Below are positions 36,673-48,975 of a stretch of DNA of 64,000 bases, piece by piece. Under the pieces are notes generated by a model. It had not been told where the DNA came from. It saw nothing but the letters and a program-made list of their open reading frames with translations, and made no database searches. The DNA comes from Fistulifera solaris (taxonomy: Eukaryota): assembly GCA_030295235.1 (NCBI GenBank), contig AP026129.1, forward strand, positions 558,001 through 622,000, in the 5' to 3' direction. Each line of letters opens with the position of its first letter. Positions within the stretch are counted from its first letter, which is position 1. Position numbers and translations under genes: made by a program.

Positions 36673-37635
36673 TATAGGTAGTTGGAAACTTCACGTAAGA
36701 TCCCGAACGAAACATTCAAAGGAGAGCGTTCCAAGAGTGTACAAAAGACGAGTGACGATGGAAATCGACTGCGGATTCCCAAACCTTCTGAGTAAACTTC
36801 AGAGGAAAATGGTTGAAGTGTCATACATTTAATCGGTCCGGAGAAAAAGACACAATACCACTGAAATGCTTGACTTACTTTGAGCTAACTGACATGCTAA
36901 ATCGTGACACTCTGTCGCGATCGCAATATCCACAGGTAGACGACCCTCTGGATCATGTTTGTGTGCGGCGGCTGGATTCAACTCGAGCACCTTCTTTGCC
37001 AAACTGACCAGCTCTTGAGTATCATCCTCATCGTCGCTGTCATCCTTGACGCTGGAAGAAACTCCTCGAATCCGCCGTCTCGATTCCAGCGCCGCCAAGG
37101 TAATTTGAAACGGTAAGCGATCGTTAGGATCCACATCCAAAGCCTCGTGCGAAAACTTTTGCAACGCTTTCTGTAGTAACGAAAAAGGCATACATGTCGG
37201 CCTCTGTAGGTACAACAGCAAGCAAGCGTGTAATGTCGGAGTATCGGGATGACATTCGACAACTTTGACGGCTATTAAGCGCACACATTTCCAACTAGAC
37301 TCCATTCTTGTTGTATTTTCTTCTCTGTGATAGCGCCGCCATTCTTCTTGCCCCAAAATCGATTGCATAAGAACCTCCATGGGCGTTAAATCCGTGTCGG
37401 GATCACGGTAGGCTTGAATGAGTGACAAAGGCAAAGTATCGAGTATCCATCGGATCAATGCAGGGACGGGTGTGGGACGATCGATGGCCATGTACAAATG
37501 TTGCGGCTCGATTCCATCCGGTGAAACGTCGTTCACCGAAACTTCGCCACGAATACACGCGAGAATCAAATCGTTCTGTGAGTCACTGGTGCCATCCTCA
37601 TCGCCCGTACGTACCTCTCCAACTATGTAATGCAT
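36673..37635 (-). CDS. Hypothetical protein with degenerate ankyrin-like repeats; 3' end probably frameshifted
   Basis: LTPMEV, TLHACL, DPNDRLPFQI, DPEGRLPVDIAI. The 3' end is extrapolated to the TAA near 36673. Confidence 0.6.
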
Positions 37636-38132
37636 AGCATTCAATAAGAAAGGCCGGGGTTTAGGATTGCAATGTTTGCAATACGACAACGATGATTACT
37701 TGTATAGAAAAAAGCTTGTTAGCAGCGATGCGCTTCATGACTCATGACTAAGACCCAGTCGTGACGTCGTAAATTTACTCTTTTCACTATAGTAAATACT
37801 TTGGACATCATTCATCTGGTAAAAGGAGCGGTTGCGATCATTGATGATGGTAACGCAAGAGATCCGCAGAACTGGACGTTTGATTGTTGATTATCATGTC
37901 TGACTCAATGAAGGAAGTCTTATCCCCGCGCCGCTTCATCAGAACGAACACCGCACGTCGTGTGTGAGCGATGCGGGGAACAGATACAGAAAGCAATCAT
38001 GTTTATTTGACTACAATGATTTCTTGCAGTATCTGCAAAGATCTTCTATCGATCGATGAGCATTGATCTGAAATACAACGGTTTTGCGCGATAAGAGTTG
38101 TTAAAATAGATTCGAGTTATGAGGCTAGGAGG

Positions 38133-40137
38133 CTACGCTTCCATGGATTCGGCATGGAAATCAAAGCAGACGTCTTTGTCGGAATAAACGATGCAAGCTT
38201 TTTGACAGAGTGCCGACAGTTTCTTCGGAGCACAAACGCAAACAGCCACGCGATGTTCTCCTTTCTCTTTGGCCTCTTTCTTCATTTCAAGAAAGACCTT
38301 TTTGATATCCGGCCGTCCTCGACGAGCATAAGGAATATGAAATTCGCTTTCGGCCCCTGTATGATAAAGCTGCATTTCCAAAATTTCACCCAAGTTCTTG
38401 TTGCATTCAGGGTCTTGGTCCCACGGAGCGTTGTTGTCGGCGACCGACGTCTCATCCGCCATGGCATCAAGATCATCACCACTTTCTTCGAACGTCAAAT
38501 TGCTGCCATTCAAACGATCGGCGTCTTGGTCCATGAGTTCACTTAAACTTTCATAAAAGCGGTCAAGATCATCATCTGTTGATGTTCCAGGTGGTAAAAG
38601 ACTCACGAGCTGTGAAAAGATGTGTGCCGAGTTTCGTTCGTAAGCGGATGCTTCACTCTCGGCATCCGCCCATTCATCTTCCCCTAAACTTTCCAAACCG
38701 ACCGAACTCATGCGACGGACAACGGGAGCTTCGGCCATCATCACCGGGTCCCTATCGGTCCACACAAATTTGATCTTTTTCATGTTGCGACGCTTTCGGG
38801 CTTCTTCAAAAAGGAGTTGATCGCAAATGGACTGCATTGGAGTGACTGCCAAGGATAAGAACAGAAATCGCGTTTCAGTCGGGGGGTGCCCTGGATGAGG
38901 TTATAAGATACGAAGCAAAAGAGTTACTTACTCCCGATTCCACCGCTGACCAGGATCACCATTTTGTATCTGTCTCCAAAGACATCAACACCTAAGTTTC
39001 CGTACGGGCCTTCGATTAAAATGTCCACTTCATTGCCTTGCTCTGCAAGCTTATATAATGACGACGTCCAGTTGCCGGATCGACGAATGTGTAGGGTAAC
39101 GTTCTTCATCTTGGGTGCGGAACTGATTGAGAACGGATGCCATTCGAGGTACGAAAGTTCCGGAAGGCACAAATAAATGAACTGTCCGGGATTGTAATCG
39201 AAGCCCTGCACTTTGGGAAAACTGAGCTCGATCACCGTAGCACTGAGAGTCCGAATCTTGGCTTTGGTGGGGTAACGGTGTCTGGCCATGACAATCGATC
39301 GGAAGAAAAGATCGACTCCCCACGTACATGCCACGAGCAGTGGGATAAGAATGCCGGTATGAAAGAATGCGCCCATCACGATACCACTTGCACAAAGGAT
39401 GTGCACGTAGTAAAACAACTCAAAGAGTCGGCGACGCACAAGGGGGAGAGACGACAAGATGATGAGGGATAGAATCAGCGTCATAATGGACCCAGCAGTA
39501 TTGACGGATCCCACGAACGAAGATGCTAACTTTGCTCGAATCGTCGCATTGCTTGCTTGATAGCGAGGGTCAGTGTAAAATGCCCACGCATGGCCGATCG
39601 TACCAATAAGCGCGGTACGACCGCTCAGCTTATGGTAGTAAAGCGTCCGGTCAATTGGCATTCCGACCAGCGCAGTAATCAAGGAGTTTCTCTGAGCGAG
39701 TGCAAAACATCCAATGAGAGCGGTTCGAGCAACATGGCCGGTATAGATTACACTCGGGAACACGAACGTGTAAATGATTGCACCTGCAAGAGCTGTCCAA
39801 AACGGTAAAGGAATATAGCCTCTCCCCATGTCAAGTGGAGACCGAGTTTTCGCAAAGCGCGACTACAGGGAAGCTTTTGTTGCAATGGATACGACGCCCG
39901 CCAGCGATAAACATACCATTGCTTGCTGATTTCCATGAGCCATGGAAATCGCTTCAAGAGAAAGTAAAGGGGCGGATACTCCAATGCCTGGTGCGGTCGA
40001 TTCGGAAGAAGCGTTAGAGGTGCCATTTGTTGTGGTTTGTCAACACCTACGGGAGACGCCATCAAGCCACTCAAAGAAAGTTCCGTCACAGGGGAGCGCT
40101 CTTCAACGACAGTTTGAGAAAGATCATTTTCTTGCAT
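38133..40137 (-). CDS. Ferric reductase / NADPH-oxidase-family flavocytochrome (intron 38846-38931; frameshift at ~39810)
   Basis: Haem His pairs YYHKLSGRTALIGTIGH and YYVHILCASGIVMGAFFH; PGQFIYL, EWHPFSISS, IEGPYG, spliced SGGIGITP, GRPD, VCVCAP, FDFHAESM; no EF-hands. Confidence 0.9.
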
Positions 40138-41087
40138 TTTGTTTTCTGACTTAGCGCCCTTCACTTTGGTTCCACTGTCACGTAACTTTGTCTTGCTTTC
40201 AATATACGAGAAGAACGCCAAGGAGGACTGTCTTACTTGAGGAGGAACGCTGAACTCAAACGGCATTCCTTGTGTTGCAATTTGAATTTGAATTTGTGGA
40301 AATATGAATGCCAATCTTCCTCCGCCTATCGACATGTTTTTGTCGACTTTGTAAGGTTTGTGGTGCACGATCCGAACAACCAACATTTTCCCGTGTTTAC
40401 TCTCTTGGAACTGAATATTCTCCGCCGAACTCAAGACGAGTTCTTCTCTCAGACCTGGGATCATTTTTTGGAGTATACCCGGCAAACAAATAGCTACAAT
40501 AAAGCCATTTTTGAAAAATAATGGTTCGCGTAGGGCACATGTAGCTGCCCGAATGGGCGTATGCTTAGTTTTTCGCGTTCTCGAATTTTCTGTCATTTGA
40601 ATTCTGAAAGATGTAGGTATGATCTTGAGCTCCAACAGTGGCGGCGCAACATCCCACGGCCATGATAGGCCAGCGATCAACGATGTTGCATTGTGTTCAC
40701 CATTTAAGCCGACTTTGTGACCTTCCAGAACTTGTCATCCGCAATTCTCGTCTCGTTTTTTGTTGGAGGATGCTTCTTGTGATCGGCATGTTGATGTTGG
40801 TTGTTGGTTTTGCGGCGTCTCACAAAATTGGCGGATCGATATCGATAGGTGCCGTTTTTTACTCGGATCTGCCCTACCGGTACTCAATTTTGCTCATTAT
40901 TATTTAAGTTGTCCGTTGCGCTCGTTTTTCAGTTTCTTACGAGTAGCGTTAAGACATCGCCTGCTATGATGACCGTGAAACGTGAAACAGAAGTAAGCAT
41001 TCGTGGGCGCACCTCTCCCTCGTTACGATCTCGACCATTAACGATGAATGAGAAGATCAAAACCGTCAGACGATACCGCTGCTTACA

Positions 41088-43585
41088 ATGACAAGGGATT
41101 CCCCCTCGCTGAACATCTTACTCCTACTTTTAGTCTGTTTCAATAGTTTGACAGTATTTGGAATTGGTGGCGATAGCAAGATGACCGCTTCTTGGGGGCA
41201 AGGATTATCACAAAATGATTTGATGGAGAAAGACACCGTCTTGGTAGTAGACAATGACGACAATGTTATCGGGTCGGCTTCAAAGAAAGAGTCGCACGTG
41301 TTCAGTAAGGATCAGCCTCATGGCATCCTGCATCGAGCGTTTTCAATTTTCATCTTTGATGAGTCAGATGGCCGTCTCCTTTTGCATCAACGTTCGGCGG
41401 ACAAAATTACTTTTCCAAACGTACGAATTTATATTTCATGAATCCTGTAGCATGCTACAAAATGAATTGAACGCTTACGCATCACTTTTTTCTTCTTTAG
41501 GTATGGACAAATACTTGTTGTTCGCATCCTTTGCATGGAATGATGCCGAACGAGGTAGATTCTCCCGCTGACGTTAAAGAGGGATCCGTTATGGGTATCA
41601 AACACGCTGCCGTCCGTAAGTTGATGCAAGAATTAGGGATCGACGCGAAAAACTTTGTTCCACAGATGAAATTCTTGACACGCCTTCACTACTGGGCCGC
41701 TGACACGATCACACACGGGCCAACGTCCCCTTGGGGTGAGCATGAGATCGACTACGTCCTTTTCTTAGTGGTGCCCAGCAAAGACGCCATTACCATTCGT
41801 CCTAATCCAGAAGAGATCCAAGCAGTCAAATGGGTTAGTGCTGAAGAACTAGAAGCAATGCTGAAAGATAAAACGTGCTTGTTTAGTCCTTGGTTTCGGA
41901 TCATTTACGAGAGATTTATGAAAAATGCGTGGTGGAAAGATCTCAAAACAACCATTTCTACCGATAAGTTTGTTGATGTTGACACAATTCATCAGTTTGA
42001 CCCGCCAAGCGAACATTTGGGTGGTGGAGGCATGGCGAGACCCTTATTCGCTGCATTTGACGCAAGGTACGTTCATCTTTTGTCGCTCGGATGTTCAATT
42101 GCTCAATGAAGTCTAACTGGAAAATGGATTTCTAGTAAGAAACAGGGCGCTTACGGGAAAATCAAAACACATTCCGAGTCCATGTTGAGTCAGTTAATGC
42201 GTCTAGACGAAGTGTTCGCTGCGGTTACTCTTCTTTATGTGTCTCCGTTAAAATCCAATCTTGGTGGAGAGTATATTAAATCTACGTTCAATTCTGACGA
42301 CTTGGCATTCTGTGATGAAATACTCGTTAAAGTGTCTCGATCCTTTGCTGCCGTCATTCGACAGCTTCCCGATGTCATGCTGGTGGATGTTTTGGTTTTT
42401 TATCTCATTCTGCGCGCCTTGGATACTATTGAAGATGACACATCCGCATTTGATAGTCACGCAACAAAAGTAGGCATTCTGAAAGAGTTCTATAAAGCCT
42501 TGGATGATCCTAATTGGACCATGACCGGTGTTGGAGAAGGTGATGAAAGAAGATTACTTGAAGAGTTTCCGAAATGCCAGCGAACCTTTCAACAGCTGCA
42601 ACCGGAAGCCCGCGATGTCATAAAAGATATCACCAAACGCATGGCTGACGGTATGGCAGATTTTGTTGCCAAAGACATGGGCCAAGGCACGGAGGATATG
42701 CAGCAGTACAACCTCTACTGCCATTACGTTGCTGGACTCGTAGGAGAAGGTCTCAGCCGGCTTTTCTCCGCCTCTGGTCTCGAACACAAGAGTTTCGGTG
42801 AAGAGAAGCATCTTTCCAATCAAATGGGACTTTTCTTGCAAAAGACGAACATTATTCGCGACTATCTCGAGGACTACGTTGATAAGAGGGCTTGGTGGCC
42901 GCAAACTGTGTGGAAGAAATATTCCGCAAGTGGTGACTTGGGATACTTTGCGAACCAAGCCGACGATGAGGCGAGAGAGAAGGCACTTATGTGTCTGAAC
43001 GAACTCGTTACGGATGCATTAGAACTTGTTCCTGACTGTCTGGCTTACTTGTCGAAAATAAAATGCGCCGAAATCTTCCGGTTTTGTGCCATTCCCCAGG
43101 TAATGGCGATCGCTACGCTAGACAAGTGCTTTGCTAATCCAGATGTTTTCACGGGCGTCGTCAAAATCCGAAAGGGTCTTTCTTGCCGTCTCATCCTGCA
43201 AACCAACACTATTGCGGAGGTTCATAGCATTTTCAGTAGATTTGCTCGATCGATGCGAAGTAAAGCGCTGGCGCAGCAGCAGCTCGGAGCAAACGACCCA
43301 AGTTTTGAGCGAACAATTGCTAGTTGCGACAAAATTACTGCACTAACAAAAGATGCTGCTAGTTTACAAGCGCAGCGACAAATGATCAGATTATCCTCAA
43401 CTGTCGCTCTTTTGGGCGCATCTTTAATAGTGAAAGGCTCAGCGGGTCTTTTCGGCAGGAACAAGAGTATGGTGAGCACGGGACTTGCTTTGGCTGGAAG
43501 CTTTTTATATTGGTATGGCCCATGGACTGTAAACAGCAACCTCTTGAGTGCTCACGAACTTAAGGCAAGAAATCAGCTTGGCTAA
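41088..43585 (+). CDS. IDI-SQS: Isopentenyl-diphosphate isomerase / squalene synthase fusion (IDI-SQS); introns 41421-41500 and 42067-42135
   Basis: IDI: LHRAFS, QR..KITFPN|VWTNTCCSHP, WGEHEIDY, FSPWF. SQS: VSRSF, YLILRALDTIEDD, YCHYVAGLVGEGL, MGLFLQKTNIIRDYLED, FCAIPQVMA, C-terminal TM. Both GT-AG introns splice in frame. Start is ATG 41088 or 41181. Confidence 0.95.
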
Positions 43586-43881
43586 TTCGATATCCATCAA
43601 CATTCAACTTATTTTTTATTCTGTTGATAACTGATTGTGGACTCGCGAGTCGTGTTAATAACATTAGCCTCCTCGTTCGCTTTTTCTCGGTGATAAGTGC
43701 TGGTACCCGGTACTATTTTTACGTTGCGAATGTACGGCGTCACTGCGAACCTTGTCCGCTCGCGCCAAAAAGCGGTGTTGTTTTGACACCACGGGTTTTC
43801 TTCTCCATTTGAAAGTCGAAAATGGTCGAAGGCATTGTCTCAGGAATTCAGTGAACGCGAAAACATCACTCGGCACACAAG

Positions 43882-45321
43882 ATGAATACCATTATTCGGA
43901 ATTGGTCACGCCAGAGCACTCCGGGGTTCAGATTTATCTATGCGAAGACACACCCCTCGATTTCCCCGTCGGCTCGTCGTTGCTTTTCATCAGAGCCGCC
44001 TCTCATAATCACAAAGTCGGAGCAGCAGTTAATTTTCGATCAAGCAAAGCAATCCCAGACGTCTGTGAGTCTGCAAGCTTTGATGCGTACTGGTCGAGGG
44101 GAGTATTTACATAAAACCTTCGCCGAAGAAGAAAGGGAAAAGCACGCGGCCACACAGCTTGTTTTGATTCAAGTAGCCAGTTTCTTGCGACGTGAGCTAC
44201 CCATTCGTTTAGCTCATAGGATCCAAGATCTTGAAGCCGTACCGATCCTGAGAGATATGGAGAGTGTGATAGCCGTACGTGACTTGTATATCAAATCGTT
44301 TCTTGAAATAATGTCGTTCGACAACAAGATTCAGACGGCTGAGCAAGAAGCTGCTTTCGCATTAATGTTGGAGAACATTTATGAGAGGCATTCCAAAGTG
44401 CTTGTGCAGATGGCCCGAGGTGCCTATGAATTTCGAAAGGCGGTGCGCGAGGAAAAAGGTCCTGGTCTAGAGCTTGAAGAAGAAATCCACCATTTCTTGG
44501 ATCGCTTTTATCTATGCCGAATCGGTATTCGTGTCTTGATCGGTCAATATTTAGCGCTTCGCCAACCACCCGTCGAAAACTATGTCGGAATTATCTGCTC
44601 AAAAACTAGTCCGTATGAAATTGTTAAACGGGCAATCGGTACGCTTGAATGACATGTGATTCTTCCTTTAAGTTTGGCTCAAAATTTCTAACGGCGACAT
44701 TATTTTATCGTTCCTCAAATTCGCTAACAGATGACAGTGCTTTCATGTGCACGCGAAAGTATGGGGACGCGCCGGACGTTATAATCAGCGGAAGCTTGAA
44801 TCTCACGTTCCCTTACGCACCGACTCATCTTCGTAAGTCAGCTTTCGCGCATTAAATCCCCTTGAATTATGATGTCCCAGTCTCACCTGCCTGGCATAGA
44901 CTACATCATGCTAGAGTTATTGAAAAATAGTATGAGAGCAACGGTTGAATGGCATGGCATTGATAGTGACTTTCCAGACATTAAAGTTGTAATAGCCGAT
45001 GGTGCTGAGAACGAGGACGTAGTCATCAAAGTCTCGGATGAAGGTGGTGGTATTCCGAGATCGAATACGAAAAAGATTTGGAGCTACCTGTTTACAACAG
45101 CCGATCCATCCGTGCAAGAGGGAATGGTTGGAACGCCCCAAGGAATAGATCACGGCCGAGATGCTCCACTGGCCGGGCTTGGATACGGTTTGCCGATTTC
45201 AAGATCTTACGCTCGATACTTTGGAGGCGACTTATCTATCATGTCTATGGAAGGTTACGGCACCGATGCATTCGTATATCTAGCACGCTTGGGGAACACG
45301 AAGGAGCCTTTACCAATCTGA
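43882..45321 (+). CDS. PDK: Mitochondrial pyruvate dehydrogenase kinase (PDK/BCKDK family); introns 44639-44730 and 44833-44899
   Basis: Arg/Ser-rich presequence (RRCFSS), FLRRELPIRLAHR, FLDRFY..RIGIR, ELLKNSMRA, KVSDEGGG, YLFTTA, LAGLGYGLPISRSYARYFGGDL, SMEGYGTD. Confidence 0.95.
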
Positions 45322-45722
45322 TTGACCCGGTAACTCTGTGATCCAACTTAAAATCTAGTGACGAAGTCCGGTACTTGACTAGCTAACGATCTTTTTCGAA
45401 GAGTCTTGACCATATGCCTGATTTAAGATAAAATCGCCTCAACATGAACGTAGTCGTGAGTCGTGAGTCATACGCCACCACGATGGTTAGAGCGAGTCAT
45501 GAGTCATGAGACAAATACGAGCGGGGATCTGGAATCTGGAATACAATTTTCCTTTGACACCGATTACCTGGTACCACTGGGAGACACGGGAACGCACCTC
45601 TGCTTGGTACATTTCTCCACGGGGGCCTACGCGAAAGTACACAATTTCCCGCACCGTCCTGTACACTGTACCACTGCAAAAAAACATCAAACGAGCACGA
45701 GCACGAGAAGGAGATCCGAGAT

Positions 45723-45914
45723 GGGCCATTTCTAACCGGAAGTTTCGTATTTCGTATTTTCGTATTTCGCGTTCTCCCACACTTGCCCAATTCGCCCAAA
45801 CGGGAGAGAAATGAAAAATAGAGAAGTTATCGTCTGTCACTTTCTCCGTAAAACCTTGGCTACAAACGCAAAATGCGAAAATACGAATACGAAACTTCCG
45901 GTTAGAAATGGCCC
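45723..45914. mobile_element. MITE-like element, 192 bp, with ~50-bp terminal inverted repeats
   Basis: GGGCCATTTCTAACCGGAAGTTTCGTATT... (45723-45773) is the reverse complement of 45865-45914 with 2 substitutions and 1 gap; non-coding interior; TSD ambiguous. Confidence 0.75.
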
Positions 45915-46407
45915 TGATGAAATGACCGCTCGTTTGGAATTATTTTGGGCCTCATGACTCGCCGAAGTCCGTGTTTCTTTGGTCAAAAGCCAAAACTGTT
46001 CGTGCTCCCATTCCAAATCCTTTCTATACGTTTGAAAGTATAGTAATTTAGTCGACAATCAGTCATTCTTGGCCCATTTATGGCGTTTTTAAAAAGACCG
46101 TTCGCTATTCTCTCTACCATACTAAACACTAGGAGTATGAGTTAGTTTAGAATGCTTCGCGGCACTCTCTCTTCTATTTTTCCATGCGACGGTCATTAAA
46201 TGCTATAGTATCAGCACACACTACACGTACACAGAAGACCGAAGAATAGAGAATGGAGTCATGCTTCCTTAGCTTTTGAGTAGACTTTGTCATCCTAGGC
46301 CGCCACAGGGGAAATTTTTCGCGGATGGAGAAAGGCAAACATTTCCCATTTCGTTCATTTCGCCGACAAGCCGTTTTGTATTCCCTCTCCTCATCCTTTC
46401 AATAAAA

Positions 46408-46959
46408 ATGAGCGCTTTCACTACAGAACTAACCCTTCCTACAGAGTGGGATAACTCTACTAACATGATCACTGATGAAGAGCTTTCGGCTTCATCAAAC
46501 GAGGAAGCGAGCCGAGTATTCGAGCAGTGGCAATCCGATGACGACGAAGTGCATGATTTGGACATCATGCAAGTGGATGAACAACTCGGGTCAAACCTTC
46601 TTGAAGATGAAATCTTCCATGATCCTTGTGTCTCTCCCACTGGTCCTCTAGAAGAAATTGTGTACATGACAATTGAGGACGAAGATGTCGACCGCTTTTC
46701 ACTTAGTCTAATGTCGGCCGTCGAAAACGACGCGACCAGCTCACTTCCTTTCGAAGAACGATACAAAGCCACACTCCAAAAACTTGCCTTTTCTATGAAA
46801 CGAAGCCAAGAATCACGAAAGAGCCTCAAGGTCAAGACTGCTAAAACCGAACAGTACCCACGCATCAAGTCTGTCATCGGTGTTGTGTCGTCCATTGAGA
46901 AATCAACCGAGCAACTTCAGCTGTATCTGAGCAATATTCAGTGTGCCGGGGGCCACTAG
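46408..46959 (+). CDS. Hypothetical acidic protein
   Basis: Clean ORF from AAAATG at 46408; acidic N-terminal half and a C-terminal helix YKATLQKLAFSMKRSQESRKSL. Confidence 0.7.
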   Translation: MSAFTTELTLPTEWDNSTNMITDEELSASSNEEASRVFEQWQSDDDEVHDLDIMQVDEQLGSNLLEDEIFHDPCVSPTGPLEEIVYMTIEDEDVDRFSLSLMSAVENDATSSLPFEERYKATLQKLAFSMKRSQESRKSLKVKTAKTEQYPRIKSVIGVVSSIEKSTEQLQLYLSNIQCAGGH

Positions 46960-47332
46960 CTGCTTCAAGTTTCATATAATGTCATCTGACTTTTCCGTCG
47001 TTCACTCGACACAACCTTTCTTTCTCCAATATCTGCGTTGTCTGCCCACCAGCCAATTGCATGCACGCCTACAACATCTTTAAATATTCTTTCTACTAGT
47101 CCAGTCTAATATTTTCACTATCATCTTTTAGTCTGCCCAATTTCAGGGAAAGATTGATTCTATTACTTATTTGAGGCACTAGGTATTAAGGAGTACTTCT
47201 TTGTCATCACATTACCGTCCTTGTCACACGCCACCTTGGCGCGGGTCCACATCGCAATATTTGTCGCATTTATCGAGGACCGTGGACCGTATGGACTGAA
47301 AGATTTTCAGGTTCTTACCCTTCTGCCCTTCA

Positions 47333-48534
47333 TTAACGAAATTGGTCTTCTACTAGAAAGGGTGTGTGGGTCGCGCTATTCAGCTTCCGTCGTTCACGCT
47401 GCATTTCTCTGGCCGTGATCAGTGCATCTCCAGCAACAGTAAGACCTACCGTGCTTCCAATAACGAAAAAGTGCCTCCAACGCCAACTGCCAACCATAGT
47501 GGTGCTGTTTTCCCAAGAAAGTCTACTGCCAGGGTTGAAAGCGACAAAGAAATAACTCCCAAGATAGCCATCCGGGTGCGACGAGGAGTCCATACGTTTT
47601 GTATTGCTGATCCTAATGGAGTCTTGTGAACTTCGGTCTTCGTCTTGCCAGCATCAAGCGATTCGACGCAAGGATCGCTCGTCGATTTCCGAAAATTCAA
47701 TGACACGTTTTCTTTACCGGAATGGTAATGATCCTGAGGTAAGGTAAGATAGAGAACTTTCAACACGCCACTAACTGATCGCATCCGATGCCCCGGAAGC
47801 AAAACATCCTCGAGTAAAATGACATCTCCGGCTTCAAAAGTTTGCGCTTCGCCTGAATTCAACTCTATCACCAAAGGACTAAGAGCTATCGCCAATATTG
47901 GATGTCTCCCGTCCGTTCCACTCCATGAAGTTGGGGCTGGTGACAAGGCTTGTCGAAAGTAACCGTTTTTCAAAGGAATTGACGAGGTGGTGGCGCCGCT
48001 AGCGCCGCAATCCCAATACGGAAGCGAAATTTGCTGTGGATTGTTGTCAAAGTGCACTAATTTGTCATCAGGATCAATGTATATTCGTCCCGATAAGGCA
48101 AACCCTTCTAATGAAGAGTAATGTGTGTCTGTGTTGCCGTGCTTCGAAGATCCGAAAGGGATATGATGGGTTGGGATTTTTGTTTCGTTTTCCTCTCGAC
48201 CTGCACCGTTAGCTTCATCGCGGTTACTTTCTTTAGCTGAGTCATTATCATTGCTTCCGAGTGAGTGTGAAGAACTTGATCCCCATGGACGCTTCCCTTG
48301 CGTTGTGTTTTCAAGTGTTGATGCCGTTTGAGTTATTTCTTCTTTAGTAGGGACATCATCTTTTTCTGCAACATTTTCGTAAGTTGATGAATCGGGCAAA
48401 TCAGCTTCAGACGAGAGTGGGGCTCGTTTTGAATCTTTTTCTTCAATAGATCTTTGTTGATCCTCTGCAAGCGAAACACATAGCAGTGATGGGGACAGCA
48501 TGATGTAAAGGAGAAGGAGGGCGAACGTGGTCAT
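47333..48534 (-). CDS. Signal-peptide protein with a cupin-like segment and two C-terminal hydrophobic helices (frameshift at ~47460)
   Basis: MTTFALLLLYIMLSPSLLCVSLA; GEAQTFEAGDVILLEDVLLPGH; MAILGVISLSLSTLAVDFL / LWLAVGVGG. Confidence 0.65.
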
Positions 48535-48975
48535 CTTTAAAGAATGTAATTTTCACAAAGTCGATCTTAAATTCTCTCGTAAAGTGACGTTGCTTAAACA
48601 CAGACGTCTATTCGTAAAGGAAGAGATCTTCATGAAATGAATAATAATTGATGGATTGGATGTTTTGGTGTATTTAGGAAAAGAACAGCAACAACAAAGA
48701 GACGCCGAAAGCGTTCAAGTCCTTCTGAGTCTCAGCGAGAGTGAAGCGGCAGAGTTTTCAGTTCGGGTATCATCTAAAAGGTACTGTTTTCATTCGTATC
48801 GGTATTTCGTTGATATCAAGTCCGGTCACATTCAAGGAGAATTAAGGAGAAAACGACCAGGTAATAATTTATGACGAAAGACTCTCTCTAGATGCTAAAA
48901 GGATAATTAGACCTTCAGACAGGCCATTCGATTACAGCAGAAACAATGCTTCAAATGTTATGTACTCCGTCCGTA

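Noticed and set aside
40138..40680. Upstream extension of the FRE/NOX ORF (39748-40680)
   Set aside because: It starts at a non-ATG codon and has no protein-like features, whereas the ATG at 40137 has a good AAAATG context.
1..43585. Isoprenoid gene cluster (cis-prenyltransferase plus IDI-SQS)
   Set aside because: The genes are 40 kb apart, with unrelated genes and transposons in between.
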